Both the position numbers and the translations under genes were made by a program. Under the pieces are notes generated by a model that saw only the letters and a program-made list of their open reading frames with translations, was not told where the DNA came from and did no database searches. Shown here in pieces: positions 1 to 8,854 of a DNA stretch of 64,000 nt (the first letter of the stretch is position 1; each line of letters starts with the position of its first letter). The DNA is from Candidatus Euphemobacter frigidus. GTDB lineage: Bacteria > Auribacterota > Erginobacteria > Erginobacterales > Erginobacteraceae. The stretch lies in the NCBI GenBank assembly GCA_030765805.1, contig JAVCDH010000003.1:5021-69020 (forward strand), written 5' to 3'.

Positions 1-123
1 CCGGTGCGGGATGGAATAAACCCGGCCGCCCTCTATCCCGATAGGGCCCAGGTTTATCTTTTCGTTGCCGCCGGCGATACAGTAGAGATACAGACTCCGG
101 CCGACCGTGATCTCTTCACTCAT
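1..123 (-). CDS. GvpL/GvpF-family gas vesicle protein, 5' part only (runs off window start)
   Basis: Not in ORF track. ATG at 123 overlaps the gvpK stop (ATGA). Reads MSEEITVGRSLYLYCIAGGNEKINLGPIGIEGGRVYSIPHR, the same YLYC..G..G.G..VY.I N-terminus as the three complete GvpF/L genes here. Confidence 0.8.
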   Translation of the reverse strand, partial: MSEEITVGRSLYLYCIAGGNEKINLGPIGIEGGRVYSIPHR

Positions 124-431
124 TTTAACTCCCTGTTTGTCCACCGGGTGGGATTGGCAATCCTATCGACGCAATCATTAACTATATCGTCCAATCCGTC
201 CCTCACCGACTGAACCGCCTCCCCGACACCCTGCTCTTCTTTGATGTGATCGATCGCCAGGTCGAGTTCCCTGAGCGCCCGCCCCAGGCGTTCTGTCTCT
301 TCCTCGTTCAAGCTCCCCCCTTCCATCCGTCTTACCGCCTGGAGTTGAAGCGCGTCCCTGATGATCTCGACCAGCGCGATCACCAATCCCAGAACACCGC
401 TTTTCAGATTGTCCTCTTCAATATTGATCAT
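120..431 (-). CDS. gvpK: Gas vesicle protein GvpK
   Basis: LGLVIALVEIIRDALQLQAVRRMEGGSLNEEETERLGRALRELD is the GvpK signature. Confidence 0.9.
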   Translation of the reverse strand: MINIEEDNLKSGVLGLVIALVEIIRDALQLQAVRRMEGGSLNEEETERLGRALRELDLAIDHIKEEQGVGEAVQSVRDGLDDIVNDCVDRIANPTRWTNRELK

Positions 432-433
432 GT

Positions 434-1036
434 TTAATCGGATTTCTTCTTTATCTGCAACTCAAGAATCCCGTTCTTATATGACTTCTCTAATTTGCCT
501 TCCGGTTGAGAGGGGAGTTTCAGGTCCTGCCGGTATTTACGCCCGGGCTTATCCACGGATATAATGAGTCTGTTTTTGGCTAAATTGACCTTTATGTCCT
601 TCTCTTCAACTCCGGGAATCTCGGCGATTACCCTGATGTGATCTTCCTCATCAAAGATATCTACCGGGCGCTCCTGTGGCTCCGGGGAGGGTGAAAGGGG
701 GCGTTTCGATTTTTGTTTAACAAAAGGTTTCCCCCCGAAAGTTGCTTTCCGTGCCCCCGGAGGGCGCCCGGTTGGTCTCCCCGAAGGCCTTCCACCACTC
801 CTCTCACCCCTCTCCACGTGCCCCTCTTTTATCCGGCGCTCGATCTCTTGATCAGCCTCCTTGAGCCGATCCCGGAAGGCAGGAGATTTCTCTAAACTCT
901 CTAATAAACCACCAAGCCCGGGGATCACCTTGCCGATTCCTTTAAGAATTCCTCCAGCGACACCTTCTTCTTTGCCGGATTCCTTCTCTTCGTCACTTTG
1001 CCCCTCAGGATCTCGCTTTTCACCTTCTTTATCCAT
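434..1036 (-). CDS. Hsp20/alpha-crystallin family protein (GvpH-like)
   Basis: C-terminal PVDIFDEEDHIRVIAEIPGV...YKNGILEL alpha-crystallin domain. ATG 1036 has an AAGGAG upstream; the track start is GTG 1069. Confidence 0.85.
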   Translation of the reverse strand: MDKEGEKRDPEGQSDEEKESGKEEGVAGGILKGIGKVIPGLGGLLESLEKSPAFRDRLKEADQEIERRIKEGHVERGERSGGRPSGRPTGRPPGARKATFGGKPFVKQKSKRPLSPSPEPQERPVDIFDEEDHIRVIAEIPGVEEKDIKVNLAKNRLIISVDKPGRKYRQDLKLPSQPEGKLEKSYKNGILELQIKKKSD

Positions 1037-1145
1037 CTTTCTTCTCCTTCCTTTTCCGGTTTTGGGCACTTTTAATTATTGCACTCCAAAGTTCTTCTGA
1101 TACTGGATCAGCAGGCATGTTATACTCACATCAGTCTGATTGCTT

Positions 1146-1382
1146 TTACCATCTAATTAACGGCTTTCTTGCTTTCACTGCCAGGCCGGTAAACTCTTTA
1201 CCCTTGAACGTAAGTTTAAATTCGCCATCTGGTTTTTCTTCAAGATAACCATCTTTAGTCAAAATAGAACAAATTTGAACTACATATTTTGTTGAGACTC
1301 CTAACTTAAAACCTACTGATTCTTTATCAGCTTCCTCTAATTTTTTAATTATATTTAAAACTTGTTTCTCAATACCTTTCAT
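1146..1382 (-). CDS. Small winged-helix protein, paralog of 11043..11288
   Basis: IEKQVLNII..L..AD..SVG.KLGVS..YV..IC..L.KDGYL...DG.F.LT.KG wHTH pattern. Confidence 0.7.
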   Translation of the reverse strand: MKGIEKQVLNIIKKLEEADKESVGFKLGVSTKYVVQICSILTKDGYLEEKPDGEFKLTFKGKEFTGLAVKARKPLIRW

Positions 1383-1457
1383 TTTCAGTTCTCACTTCGT
1401 CGGATTGATTAAATGGTTGATTGCTAAATTAATCACTCGCCGCTCATTAATTAACTA

Positions 1458-1808
1458 TTACTCCGCCTTTATCCCCTTGACTTTGGCGGATATCCAGCCG
1501 CACCAGGGGCAGCCTTCGCCCAGAAGTTCATCGGTTTGGACTTTTTTCCCGCACTGGGGACACTCTTCCTTGCCCTTTAACGCCTCTTGCCAGGCGGCGG
1601 TCTCGACATTGGTCCCGGAGGGGAACTCCAGGCCGTACCGGGCCGCGGTCTCAAAAGAAGCCAGGGCGGCCCTTATCTTGATCCCCAGGAGTTCCACCCC
1701 GGCCACGGAGATGGAGATATCTGCGTTTATCACCAGGCCCTTGTCAAGAACACGGTCTATGACGTCTACCAATGTGGCGCCTGTATCCCTGGTTGCTTCT
1801 ATGGACAT
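1458..1808 (-). CDS. gvpJ: GvpJ/GvpM-type GvpA-family protein with C-terminal zinc ribbon
   Basis: TLVDVIDRVLDKGLVINADISISVAGVELLGIKIRAALASFETAARYGL, then CPQC...CPWC. Confidence 0.85.
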   Translation of the reverse strand: MSIEATRDTGATLVDVIDRVLDKGLVINADISISVAGVELLGIKIRAALASFETAARYGLEFPSGTNVETAAWQEALKGKEECPQCGKKVQTDELLGEGCPWCGWISAKVKGIKAE

Positions 1809-1917
1809 GTCGTCGCCTCTCTCTATTTTTAGAATACAGAGGTCAGAAGCCGGAATATCTAATCGCCCGGTTAAACCCCGTTCTCCTATTCTCTGATGTT
1901 TCGAAATTTAAATAATT

Positions 1918-1966
1918 GTAGTGGCGGAGCTTGCTCCGCTATCAGTCGAGCAAGCTCGACCACTAC
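1918..1966. repeat. GTAG-type REP doublet (REPIN-like)
   Basis: GTAGTG-GCGGAGCTTGCTCCGC then GTCGAGCAAGCTCGAC-CACTAC, two inverted palindromic units. Confidence 0.65.
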
Positions 1967-2124
1967 AGTTAGCGCGAAGCGCTAAATTCCTGCTTCGGAA
2001 TTTTAAATAAAATATATCAATGAGATTGCTGAAATATTTTTTGGCATTGCCTCTGTCTAGTGATGATAGTCTTGGTTCAAAACTAAATTAGCGCCGCAGG
2101 CGCTAATTTATTCTATTCTCTGTT

Positions 2125-2517
2125 CTACTTGGGTACAACCCCCTGGCCTTTACATTTCGGACAGGGCACGGGATGAGGACGTCGCGGGTACACGCCGGTC
2201 CCATCGCAGTTGGCGCATTTTTTCGAAGGCTCGATCCCGGTGACCATTCCCGCTCCGCCGCAGGCCGGGCAGGTTAAACGGCTGGTGGTGTACGGGTCTA
2301 TTCCTTTGCCCGCGCAAAAATTGCATTTAACCGCCGGCCCGCTGATCTTCAACTTGCCTTTTCCCAGGCAGACCTGACAATCGGAGAGTTTGGATAAAAG
2401 CTGAAAAGGGTCCTTCCCCTTACCCCGGCAAAAGGCGCATTCAATTTCCACCCGGTTCTTTTCCCACTTCTTTATTTCTTCCGGGCTTACGGTGGTCCAT
2501 CTTGGTTTTCGCGTCAT
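2125..2517 (-). CDS. DnaJ-type cysteine-rich zinc-finger protein (6 CxxCxGxG)
   Basis: CAFCRGKG, CQVCLGKG, CNFCAGKG, CPACGGAG, CANCDGTG, CPKCKGQG. No J domain. Confidence 0.85.
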   Translation of the reverse strand: MTRKPRWTTVSPEEIKKWEKNRVEIECAFCRGKGKDPFQLLSKLSDCQVCLGKGKLKISGPAVKCNFCAGKGIDPYTTSRLTCPACGGAGMVTGIEPSKKCANCDGTGVYPRRPHPVPCPKCKGQGVVPK

Positions 2518-2518
2518 C

Positions 2519-3127
2519 TCAATCTCCTTTTAGCTTATCGATTTCTTCCTGAATTAACGCCGCTTTTTCCTGATAGTCCTCCTCCGTGATCTCTCCCATC
2601 TCCCGGAGCATCTTGAGCTCAAGCAGTCCCTGCTCTAAAACGGCCCGGGGCTCTATATCTTCCTCGGCCCGGGAGTGAATCGCCGCGGTAAGCCCTTTGA
2701 TCATCTCTACCGGCTGGTAGGGGGCCGTTAATACTTTCCCCAGGAATTTGAACAGACCTATATCGGTGGGGCGATCCAGCTTTCGCTTTTCCGCGCCCGG
2801 GTAGATGTCCGTTCCCCATTTCCGGTCCGGCATTATTCCCCATTTCCTGGGTATGGTAATGCCGGGCTTAGCGCTTACTTGAGGAAACGAACTGGTAATT
2901 AATGGGATTTCCTTGCTGACCAGGGGAATCATGCTGGCCGCCGGAGGCATGGCCCGGCTGACAGAGGGGAGGCGGCCGGCGGTGAAGGGGATAAGCCTTC
3001 TTTGCGGCTTCTCTTCTTCCCTGTCGGGAGGATTTCCGGCAACGGGCTTTCCCTCGCCTTTATCGCTATTTTTAATTTTCTTTGGCCCGGGCTTTTTGGC
3101 CGATCTATCTTTCTTTTCGGGTTTCAT
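2519..3127 (-). CDS. GvpG-domain protein with long low-complexity N-terminal extension
   Basis: C-terminal VLTAPY.PV..I...IH..AEED....LEQGLLELKMLREMGEITEEDYQEK matches GvpG at 5752..6054. Confidence 0.7.
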   Translation of the reverse strand: MKPEKKDRSAKKPGPKKIKNSDKGEGKPVAGNPPDREEEKPQRRLIPFTAGRLPSVSRAMPPAASMIPLVSKEIPLITSSFPQVSAKPGITIPRKWGIMPDRKWGTDIYPGAEKRKLDRPTDIGLFKFLGKVLTAPYQPVEMIKGLTAAIHSRAEEDIEPRAVLEQGLLELKMLREMGEITEEDYQEKAALIQEEIDKLKGD

Positions 3128-3136
3128 GGTGTCTCC

Positions 3137-5095
3137 TTAGCCATATATCTTCCCGGCTAACTTCTTCAGGCGTCCCGGGCCCTTGACCTGATAGGGGAGA
3201 AGAGGGACCCGGCTGATTTCGTATTTACGGGTTCTCTCCCGGTTTATTTCCCGGATGACCGCGGTCTGTTCTTTTCTCCTGGATTCGCAGAAATTGCATC
3301 CGGTGGCCGGGAGGACCATGTTGATTATAATCCGGCGGCACGGTATCTCGAGCCGGTTGAAGCTCTCGAGCAGGTCGTCCATCTCATCTTTGCCCATAAC
3401 TTCCGGGATCGAGATGACCACGAACCGGCAGCGGGCCGGGTCCATTAGAATCTCCTGCAGCTTTCTCACCTTCCGGGAGAGCTCAATCATCTCCTCCGCC
3501 ACCCGAGACAATCTCACCACCTCTTTATACTTGATCAGCAATTTAAAGATCGTGTTCAGCCACTCCCGGGCCACCCGCGGCATCTCCAGGAAACGCAGCA
3601 TGTGACCGGTAGCCGCATTATCCAGAACGTATAAGTCGAATTTACCTTCATCAATAAAATCCACCACCCGGGTCAAGGCCATTATCTCGTCCAACCCCGG
3701 AGGAGTGAGGGATATAAGTCCCTCGAAAACTTCCCGGTCAAACTTAATATCCACGCCCTGATTAAAAAAACCGGTGAACGCTTCATTTATTTCTTTCCGG
3801 TAGGTCTTTTTATAATCCTCAAACAGCTTTGGCGCGTCCATCTCCAGGCCATAGAGATTATCGGTCTCTCCCAGCCGGGTTATGCTGTCCCCGACCGGCA
3901 GGCCGAAGCTGTCGGAGAGAGAGTGAGCGGGGTCGGTGGAGAAGATCAGAACCTTCCGGGAGGGATATCTCGCGGCGATGGTAAGGGCGGTAGCCGAAGC
4001 TATGGATGTTTTCCCCACGCCGCCTTTCCCGCCGAATACATATAATAAAATATCATCCTCGATTAAATCGGAAGGACTGCGCTTGAAACCGTTAACACCG
4101 GCGAGCCGGGACTTGAAATTAAATAATTTCTTCCCCGCCGGCAGGTAAGGGGTTTTTCCCTCGAACAGAACTTCGGCATACTCCTTTAGACGCTCCAATC
4201 CCCGGATTTGATAGGGGAAGGCGGGGACCCGGAAAAGTTCGTAGTCAGCGAATTTTCGATCGATACGGTTTAACTCTTTCTTCTGTTCCTTTTCTTCCCG
4301 GGAACAGAAAGGACATTGATTTCGGCTGCTATTAATTTTATTTATAATAATAGACTTCACCGGAATCCCGTACCCCTTCAATGATCTCAGCAGCCTTTCC
4401 GTTTCTTCAATAGCCAGCGAGTGGGGGATGGTGACCGGTATGAACTCCGTTAAATCGCGGTTTTTCAATAAACCCCTCACCCGTTTAACATCTTTTGCCA
4501 TCATTTCCAAAAATTCATCGGTGTCGTCCTTTCGATACCGGCCGGTAAAATGCCGGGCTAAAAACCGGTGCTTGGCCTGCATCAGATTAAGAACCTTGAT
4601 CCATTTTTTCATCTGGGCCGGGAGACCTAAAAGCCGGATGGCATGCCCGGTCGGAGCCGTGTCCAGAATAACCAGGTCAAATTCTTCCTCCTTCAATATG
4701 TTCGCTATTTTTATTACCGCCATGACCTCGTCCAGTCCCGGGATGGAAAGAGAAAAAAAGTTCTCAATATCCCGCCGGTCGAAGTAGGTCCCCCGCTCGG
4801 CAATCTTTTTCAGGACGGAGCCGTATTTTTTCTTAAAATCTATGGCGTCTTCTTCCGCCTCAATCTCCAGGGCGCTGAGGTTATCGACGTCTCCTATCCG
4901 GGTGATGGTATTGCCGACGGCGCGCTCGAAACTGTCGCCAACGGAATGGGCGGGATCGCAGGATACAATCAGTATCTTTTTACCGGGATGGGCCCGGGCT
5001 AAATAAAGCCCGGCCGCGCAGGCAGAAGTGGTCTTCCCGCATCCTCCCTTCCCGCCAAAGATTATCAGGGACCGATCTTCGATATTCCGAAACAT
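3137..5095 (-). CDS. Tandem-duplicated ArsA/GET3(TRC40)-family ATPase
   Basis: Two halves, each with GKGGxGKT, DPAHS, PGLDE, DTAPTGH/DNAATGH and a CxxC (CPFC, CNFC). Confidence 0.9.
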   Translation of the reverse strand: MFRNIEDRSLIIFGGKGGCGKTTSACAAGLYLARAHPGKKILIVSCDPAHSVGDSFERAVGNTITRIGDVDNLSALEIEAEEDAIDFKKKYGSVLKKIAERGTYFDRRDIENFFSLSIPGLDEVMAVIKIANILKEEEFDLVILDTAPTGHAIRLLGLPAQMKKWIKVLNLMQAKHRFLARHFTGRYRKDDTDEFLEMMAKDVKRVRGLLKNRDLTEFIPVTIPHSLAIEETERLLRSLKGYGIPVKSIIINKINSSRNQCPFCSREEKEQKKELNRIDRKFADYELFRVPAFPYQIRGLERLKEYAEVLFEGKTPYLPAGKKLFNFKSRLAGVNGFKRSPSDLIEDDILLYVFGGKGGVGKTSIASATALTIAARYPSRKVLIFSTDPAHSLSDSFGLPVGDSITRLGETDNLYGLEMDAPKLFEDYKKTYRKEINEAFTGFFNQGVDIKFDREVFEGLISLTPPGLDEIMALTRVVDFIDEGKFDLYVLDNAATGHMLRFLEMPRVAREWLNTIFKLLIKYKEVVRLSRVAEEMIELSRKVRKLQEILMDPARCRFVVISIPEVMGKDEMDDLLESFNRLEIPCRRIIINMVLPATGCNFCESRRKEQTAVIREINRERTRKYEISRVPLLPYQVKGPGRLKKLAGKIYG

Positions 5096-5175
5096 TCCTG
5101 GGGCTCGTTTCCGTGGCGCCGACTTTCATTGTTTGCCGGGCAGTTTATCAGGCGCCGGCAACCGGTACCGGTTCT

Positions 5176-5445
5176 TTAATCCATTTCGCCGCCGGCGGTG
5201 TCCACTCTCTTCCTCAGTCCTGTCCGGTCAAACCCGAGAATGTCGCCCTCATTATTAAGGACCACCTCGTAAATGGCCAGGATGTCCATCTGGTCGGGGA
5301 TGGAATGTTTCTCCACCATCTCCAGGGCAACCACCCAGCCCCTCTCTTCCTTGACCGCCCCGACGGTGGTGGAAAGCTCCAGCCCCGTGATCGCGCTAAG
5401 TTCCTCCCGGGCCTTCTCGATAATCTGTGACATTGACTTAGCCAT
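5176..5445 (-). CDS. gvpO: Gas vesicle protein GvpO
   Basis: AREELSAITGLELSTTVGAVKEERGWVVALEMVEKHSIPDQMDILAIYEVVLNNEGDILGFDR. Start trimmed to ATG 5445 behind AAGGAGG. Confidence 0.88.
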   Translation of the reverse strand: MAKSMSQIIEKAREELSAITGLELSTTVGAVKEERGWVVALEMVEKHSIPDQMDILAIYEVVLNNEGDILGFDRTGLRKRVDTAGGEMD

Positions 5446-5497
5446 CTCTCTTCCTCCTTTTTTAGAATTTTCCTTCGGGAAAATTCGTTTGAACATA

Positions 5498-5692
5498 TTA
5501 CTTAAGTTGTCGGTTTTTAACTTTGGCCCCGCAGGAGGGGCAGAAAGAATAGTGATACATGAATCGCCAGGTTTCCCCGCACTCCAGGCATTCAATAAGC
5601 AGAGGTTCACCACATTCGGAGCAAAAATTCTTGCCTCCACTGGTTGCCGAACCGCATTTAGGACACCTGAAAGCGCCCAGGCTTTTTTGCAT
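5498..5692 (-). CDS. Double zinc-ribbon protein
   Basis: CPKC, FCSECG, CLECG, FCPSCG; AAGGAGG RBS upstream. Confidence 0.8.
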   Translation of the reverse strand: MQKSLGAFRCPKCGSATSGGKNFCSECGEPLLIECLECGETWRFMYHYSFCPSCGAKVKNRQLK

Positions 5693-5751
5693 TTCTATTG
5701 CCTCCTTTCTATTAAAATTTTCCTTCGAGAAATTTTAATAACGTTCAAGCT

Positions 5752-6054
5752 TCACTTGCGGCCTTCTTCGTATTTCCGGATGGCCTCCAGTCTTTCCAGG
5801 AGCCCGGTCTCTTCCCGGTTGTACTCTTCCTCCTCTATCTCCCCCATCTCGAAGCGCATCTGAAGGTTCAGCAATTCCTCATGCACTTTGGATTTATCGG
5901 TTATCTCGGTATCGGCCATATCTTTTAATTTATTGCCGATCCAGACCACCCCTTTTACCGGAATCAAAAAGGGAAACACAATGTCAAGCAATCCAAATCC
6001 GGGGCCCGGACTTTCCTGACTTTCCCGGGGCCTATCAGGGTATGATTTTTTCAT
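5752..6054 (-). CDS. gvpG: Gas vesicle protein GvpG
   Basis: PVKGVVWIGNKLKDMADTE...LLNLQMRFEMGEIEEEEYNREETGLLERL. Confidence 0.9.
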   Translation of the reverse strand: MKKSYPDRPRESQESPGPGFGLLDIVFPFLIPVKGVVWIGNKLKDMADTEITDKSKVHEELLNLQMRFEMGEIEEEEYNREETGLLERLEAIRKYEEGRK

Positions 6055-6834
6055 TCATTCCTCATCAAGGGTTATTACTAATTCCACAAAATTAATCGGC
6101 GGGACCGGTCCGATATACTTGAATTTTGTTCGCCCATTATATTCCGTTGCCAGTTTATCCATCAATCCGTCGAACTCTCCCGCCCGGGTTTTATCCACCA
6201 GGAAGGCCAGGTTGGTTATCATGGCATCGCCGAAGACCTTGTTGCCGCGCCATTCAACGCTGGTTCGCTTAAAAATGCCCAGTATGTTTTTCTCTTCCTT
6301 CGCTTTCTTCCGTTCCAGCGCTTCTTTTACCAGCTCTCCCAGTGTTGCCCTCTGCGGGATCGATTGAACTGACTGGTGTGAAATCAACTTCTGCCGCAGT
6401 CTCCTGATCTCGGTATTTTCATCCACAATCTCCCGGAAGATCGACTCCATGTCGGTCCAGATGGCCTTGAGGCCCAATTCCATCTTGTTGTCCATCTTGA
6501 GCGATAAATCTTTCAGCTCTTCATATCTTGTTTTAAGCACTTCCTCTCTTATTCTGTCATCGGGAGCAACATTCTCTTTGCCGCCGGCGATTGTGCCGAA
6601 CCTGACCGGCAAGACGGTAAAATCATCCATCAACTCTTCCAGGACCTTCTGGTGAGCCATGGTGTTGGCCCGGGAGATGGGGTACTTGATGATCGGGGAG
6701 ACGCTGATTACCGCCGCTATATCCCGATGAGAAATACTGTAAACATCGTCTCCCCGCTCGCCGATCGCCGGCGAGTCAAACTTCCTCTCTTCCCTGTCCC
6801 CGATTATGCAGTAAATGTATCTCCCTTCTTCCAT
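6055..6834 (-). CDS. gvpF: GvpL/GvpF-family gas vesicle protein
   Basis: GRYIYCII, AHQKVLEE, TVLPVRFGT, ELGLKAIW, KYIGPVPPINFV. Start trimmed to ATG 6834. Confidence 0.9.
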   Translation of the reverse strand: MEEGRYIYCIIGDREERKFDSPAIGERGDDVYSISHRDIAAVISVSPIIKYPISRANTMAHQKVLEELMDDFTVLPVRFGTIAGGKENVAPDDRIREEVLKTRYEELKDLSLKMDNKMELGLKAIWTDMESIFREIVDENTEIRRLRQKLISHQSVQSIPQRATLGELVKEALERKKAKEEKNILGIFKRTSVEWRGNKVFGDAMITNLAFLVDKTRAGEFDGLMDKLATEYNGRTKFKYIGPVPPINFVELVITLDEE

Positions 6835-6869
6835 CTCTCGCCTTGCGGGTTGCCAATTCACTCTTCCGG

Positions 6870-7631
6870 TTATTGTTCCTGCCCCCATTTTATAACCAGT
6901 TCCGCGAAATTGAACGGGGCCACCGGGCCGACATACTTGAACTTCAGCCTGTCCTCATATTTTCGGCTTAATTCTTCTACCAGGTCGTCAAATTCAATCT
7001 CGTGGGCCTTGTCCACCAGGAAGGCGCAGTTCAGTACCATGTTTTCACCCGCGATCTTGTTAACGCGAAGGTCAACGCAACGGGGTCGCAACGCGTCTAA
7101 AATCTCTTCCGCCTCGGCTTCTCTTTTCTGCTCCAGGGCCTGCTTGACCTCCTTCCCCAGGTTCACCTTCTCATTCACAGCTGGAGGAGAGGACTTTCCG
7201 GCCATTTTCTTCTTCAGGCTTGTTATCCGGGGATCGGTCTCCCCGATCTCCCGGAAAATACCGCTCAGGTCAAGCCAGAAGACCTTCAGCCCCAGTTCCA
7301 CTTTATTGTCCATGTCTCTCAATAAGTTTTTTAATTCATGGTACCGCTTCATCAGGAGGCTCCTGATCTCTTCCGCGCCGGCGGCGATAGTGCAGAACCG
7401 GAAGGGAAGGACATCGTATTCCTTCATTACCTCTTCCAGCACCTTTTCCTGGGCGATCAGGTTGTCCCGGCTGATCACGTATTTGGTCATCGGGGTCGGG
7501 CTGATCACGCAGGCCAGATCACGGAAGCAGAGGGTATGCACCTCGTCCCCCCGGCCGCCGATCCCGATCGGCCCGAAATTCCTCTCATTGGATTCGTTGA
7601 TCACGCAGTAAAGATATTTTCCCTCATCCAT
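6870..7631 (-). CDS. GvpL/GvpF-family gas vesicle protein
   Basis: GKYLYCVI, DVLPFRFCT, ELGLKVFW, KYVGPVAPFNFA. Confidence 0.9.
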   Translation of the reverse strand: MDEGKYLYCVINESNERNFGPIGIGGRGDEVHTLCFRDLACVISPTPMTKYVISRDNLIAQEKVLEEVMKEYDVLPFRFCTIAAGAEEIRSLLMKRYHELKNLLRDMDNKVELGLKVFWLDLSGIFREIGETDPRITSLKKKMAGKSSPPAVNEKVNLGKEVKQALEQKREAEAEEILDALRPRCVDLRVNKIAGENMVLNCAFLVDKAHEIEFDDLVEELSRKYEDRLKFKYVGPVAPFNFAELVIKWGQEQ

Positions 7632-7741
7632 CCTGGAACCTCATGCTGGATTATTATTGCCTCTTAATTTAGGTTAAAATCACTTTCCGGGTATTAATCC
7701 ACGTATCAGCAAATTTATCGCATAGGAATTTTAATAATTCT

Positions 7742-7800
7742 GTCGACCTAAAGGTCGACGGCTACGACATCTTCGTAGTCGCCCCGCCAGGGCGGGGCTA
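7742..7800. repeat. GTAG-type REP element(s)
   Basis: GTCGACCTAAAGGTCGAC-GGCTAC-GACATCTTC-GTAGTC-GCCCCGCCAGGGCGGGGC. Near reverse complement of 25023-25070 and similar to 48155-48213. Confidence 0.75.
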
Positions 7801-7818
7801 AGTCCATTAACAGCCGGT

Positions 7819-8841
7819 TCAGGGCCGGACAATCTCAACGACAACAAGATCTTTTTGGTCCCCCGGGCCGAAAATTATCTCCTCCCCCCCACAGCAACTC
7901 GTCAGCAGCTTGTAAGCATCGGTTATCTCTTCAAATTTTTTCTCCAGGTGCGGATTATCCGGGTCCCGGTCCGGGTGTTCTTTTTGAGCTATCTCCCGGT
8001 AAGCCTCCTTGACGGCTTCCGCCGTGACATTATTCCCCAGCCTTAACAACTTCCCGGCTTCGTCCAGCCGCTCATACCCGATTTTATTTAACCGGCAGGT
8101 GGCAAAGCTGTAAGGGGGGAGGGGACCCACGCACCGGAAGTTCACTTCTTGCTCGTACTCTTCGTCCAGTTCCTTTAAGGAGGCGTCGAAATCCGGTTCC
8201 TTGATCTTCTCCAGCAGAAAGGCGCAATTGACGATCATCTTGTCGTCCATCACCGGGTGTTTCTGGAAATCCACCGCGGATTTCTTGAGAAAGTCAACGA
8301 TCCGCTCCTCCTCTTTTGTCCTTCGTCTCTCCAGCGCTTCCTTGATCATTATCCCTATCTTTATCCGGTCCTGGAAACCCTGGGCGGGGGGCCCGGAGGC
8401 AATCAGCGTCTTGAATTCTTTTATTTCCCGGTCCTCTTCGCCGATCCGCCTGATGACGCCGTTCAGATCCACCCGGGTGACCGCCACGTCCAGTTCTATC
8501 CTGCCCTCCATGGAAGCAAGCAGTTCTTCGAACCGCTGAAAGCCTTTTTTTAAAACTTCCCTCACCCCCTCGTCTCCGGAAACAGTCGTCCCGAACTTCA
8601 TGGGGATGACGATTTGTTCGCTCATAATCTTCTCGATGGTCTGCTGGTGTCTTACCAGCAGGCGCCCCAGGGCTTCCTTCAGCATGGTATCGGGACTGGG
8701 GATTTGGGATTCGCTCACCACGCCGGCGATACCCCGGTAGGGAATTGTATAAACCTCCTCATCGGAAATAATCCCGCCGGGGCCGAAAGATTTTTTTTCG
8801 GCGCCTTTTATTATCCCGTAAAGGTATCTTTCTTTATCCAT
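7819..8841 (-). CDS. GvpL/GvpF-family protein fused to a C-terminal J domain
   Basis: YLYGII, VIPMKFGT, CVGPLPPYSF, then LLRL....T.EAVKEAYREIAQKEHPDR...KKFEEITDAYKLL (intact HPD). Confidence 0.88.
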   Translation of the reverse strand: MDKERYLYGIIKGAEKKSFGPGGIISDEEVYTIPYRGIAGVVSESQIPSPDTMLKEALGRLLVRHQQTIEKIMSEQIVIPMKFGTTVSGDEGVREVLKKGFQRFEELLASMEGRIELDVAVTRVDLNGVIRRIGEEDREIKEFKTLIASGPPAQGFQDRIKIGIMIKEALERRRTKEEERIVDFLKKSAVDFQKHPVMDDKMIVNCAFLLEKIKEPDFDASLKELDEEYEQEVNFRCVGPLPPYSFATCRLNKIGYERLDEAGKLLRLGNNVTAEAVKEAYREIAQKEHPDRDPDNPHLEKKFEEITDAYKLLTSCCGGEEIIFGPGDQKDLVVVEIVRP

Positions 8842-8854
8842 CTGCCACCCTTTC

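Noticed and set aside
1029-1118. 29-aa ORF MPADPVSEELWSAIIK... overlapping the Hsp20 start
   Set aside because: No SD and no recognisable motif; likely incidental.
3137-5095. Arsenic-resistance operon (arsA)
   Set aside because: No arsR/B/C/D or acr3 in the window; the gene is embedded among gvp genes.
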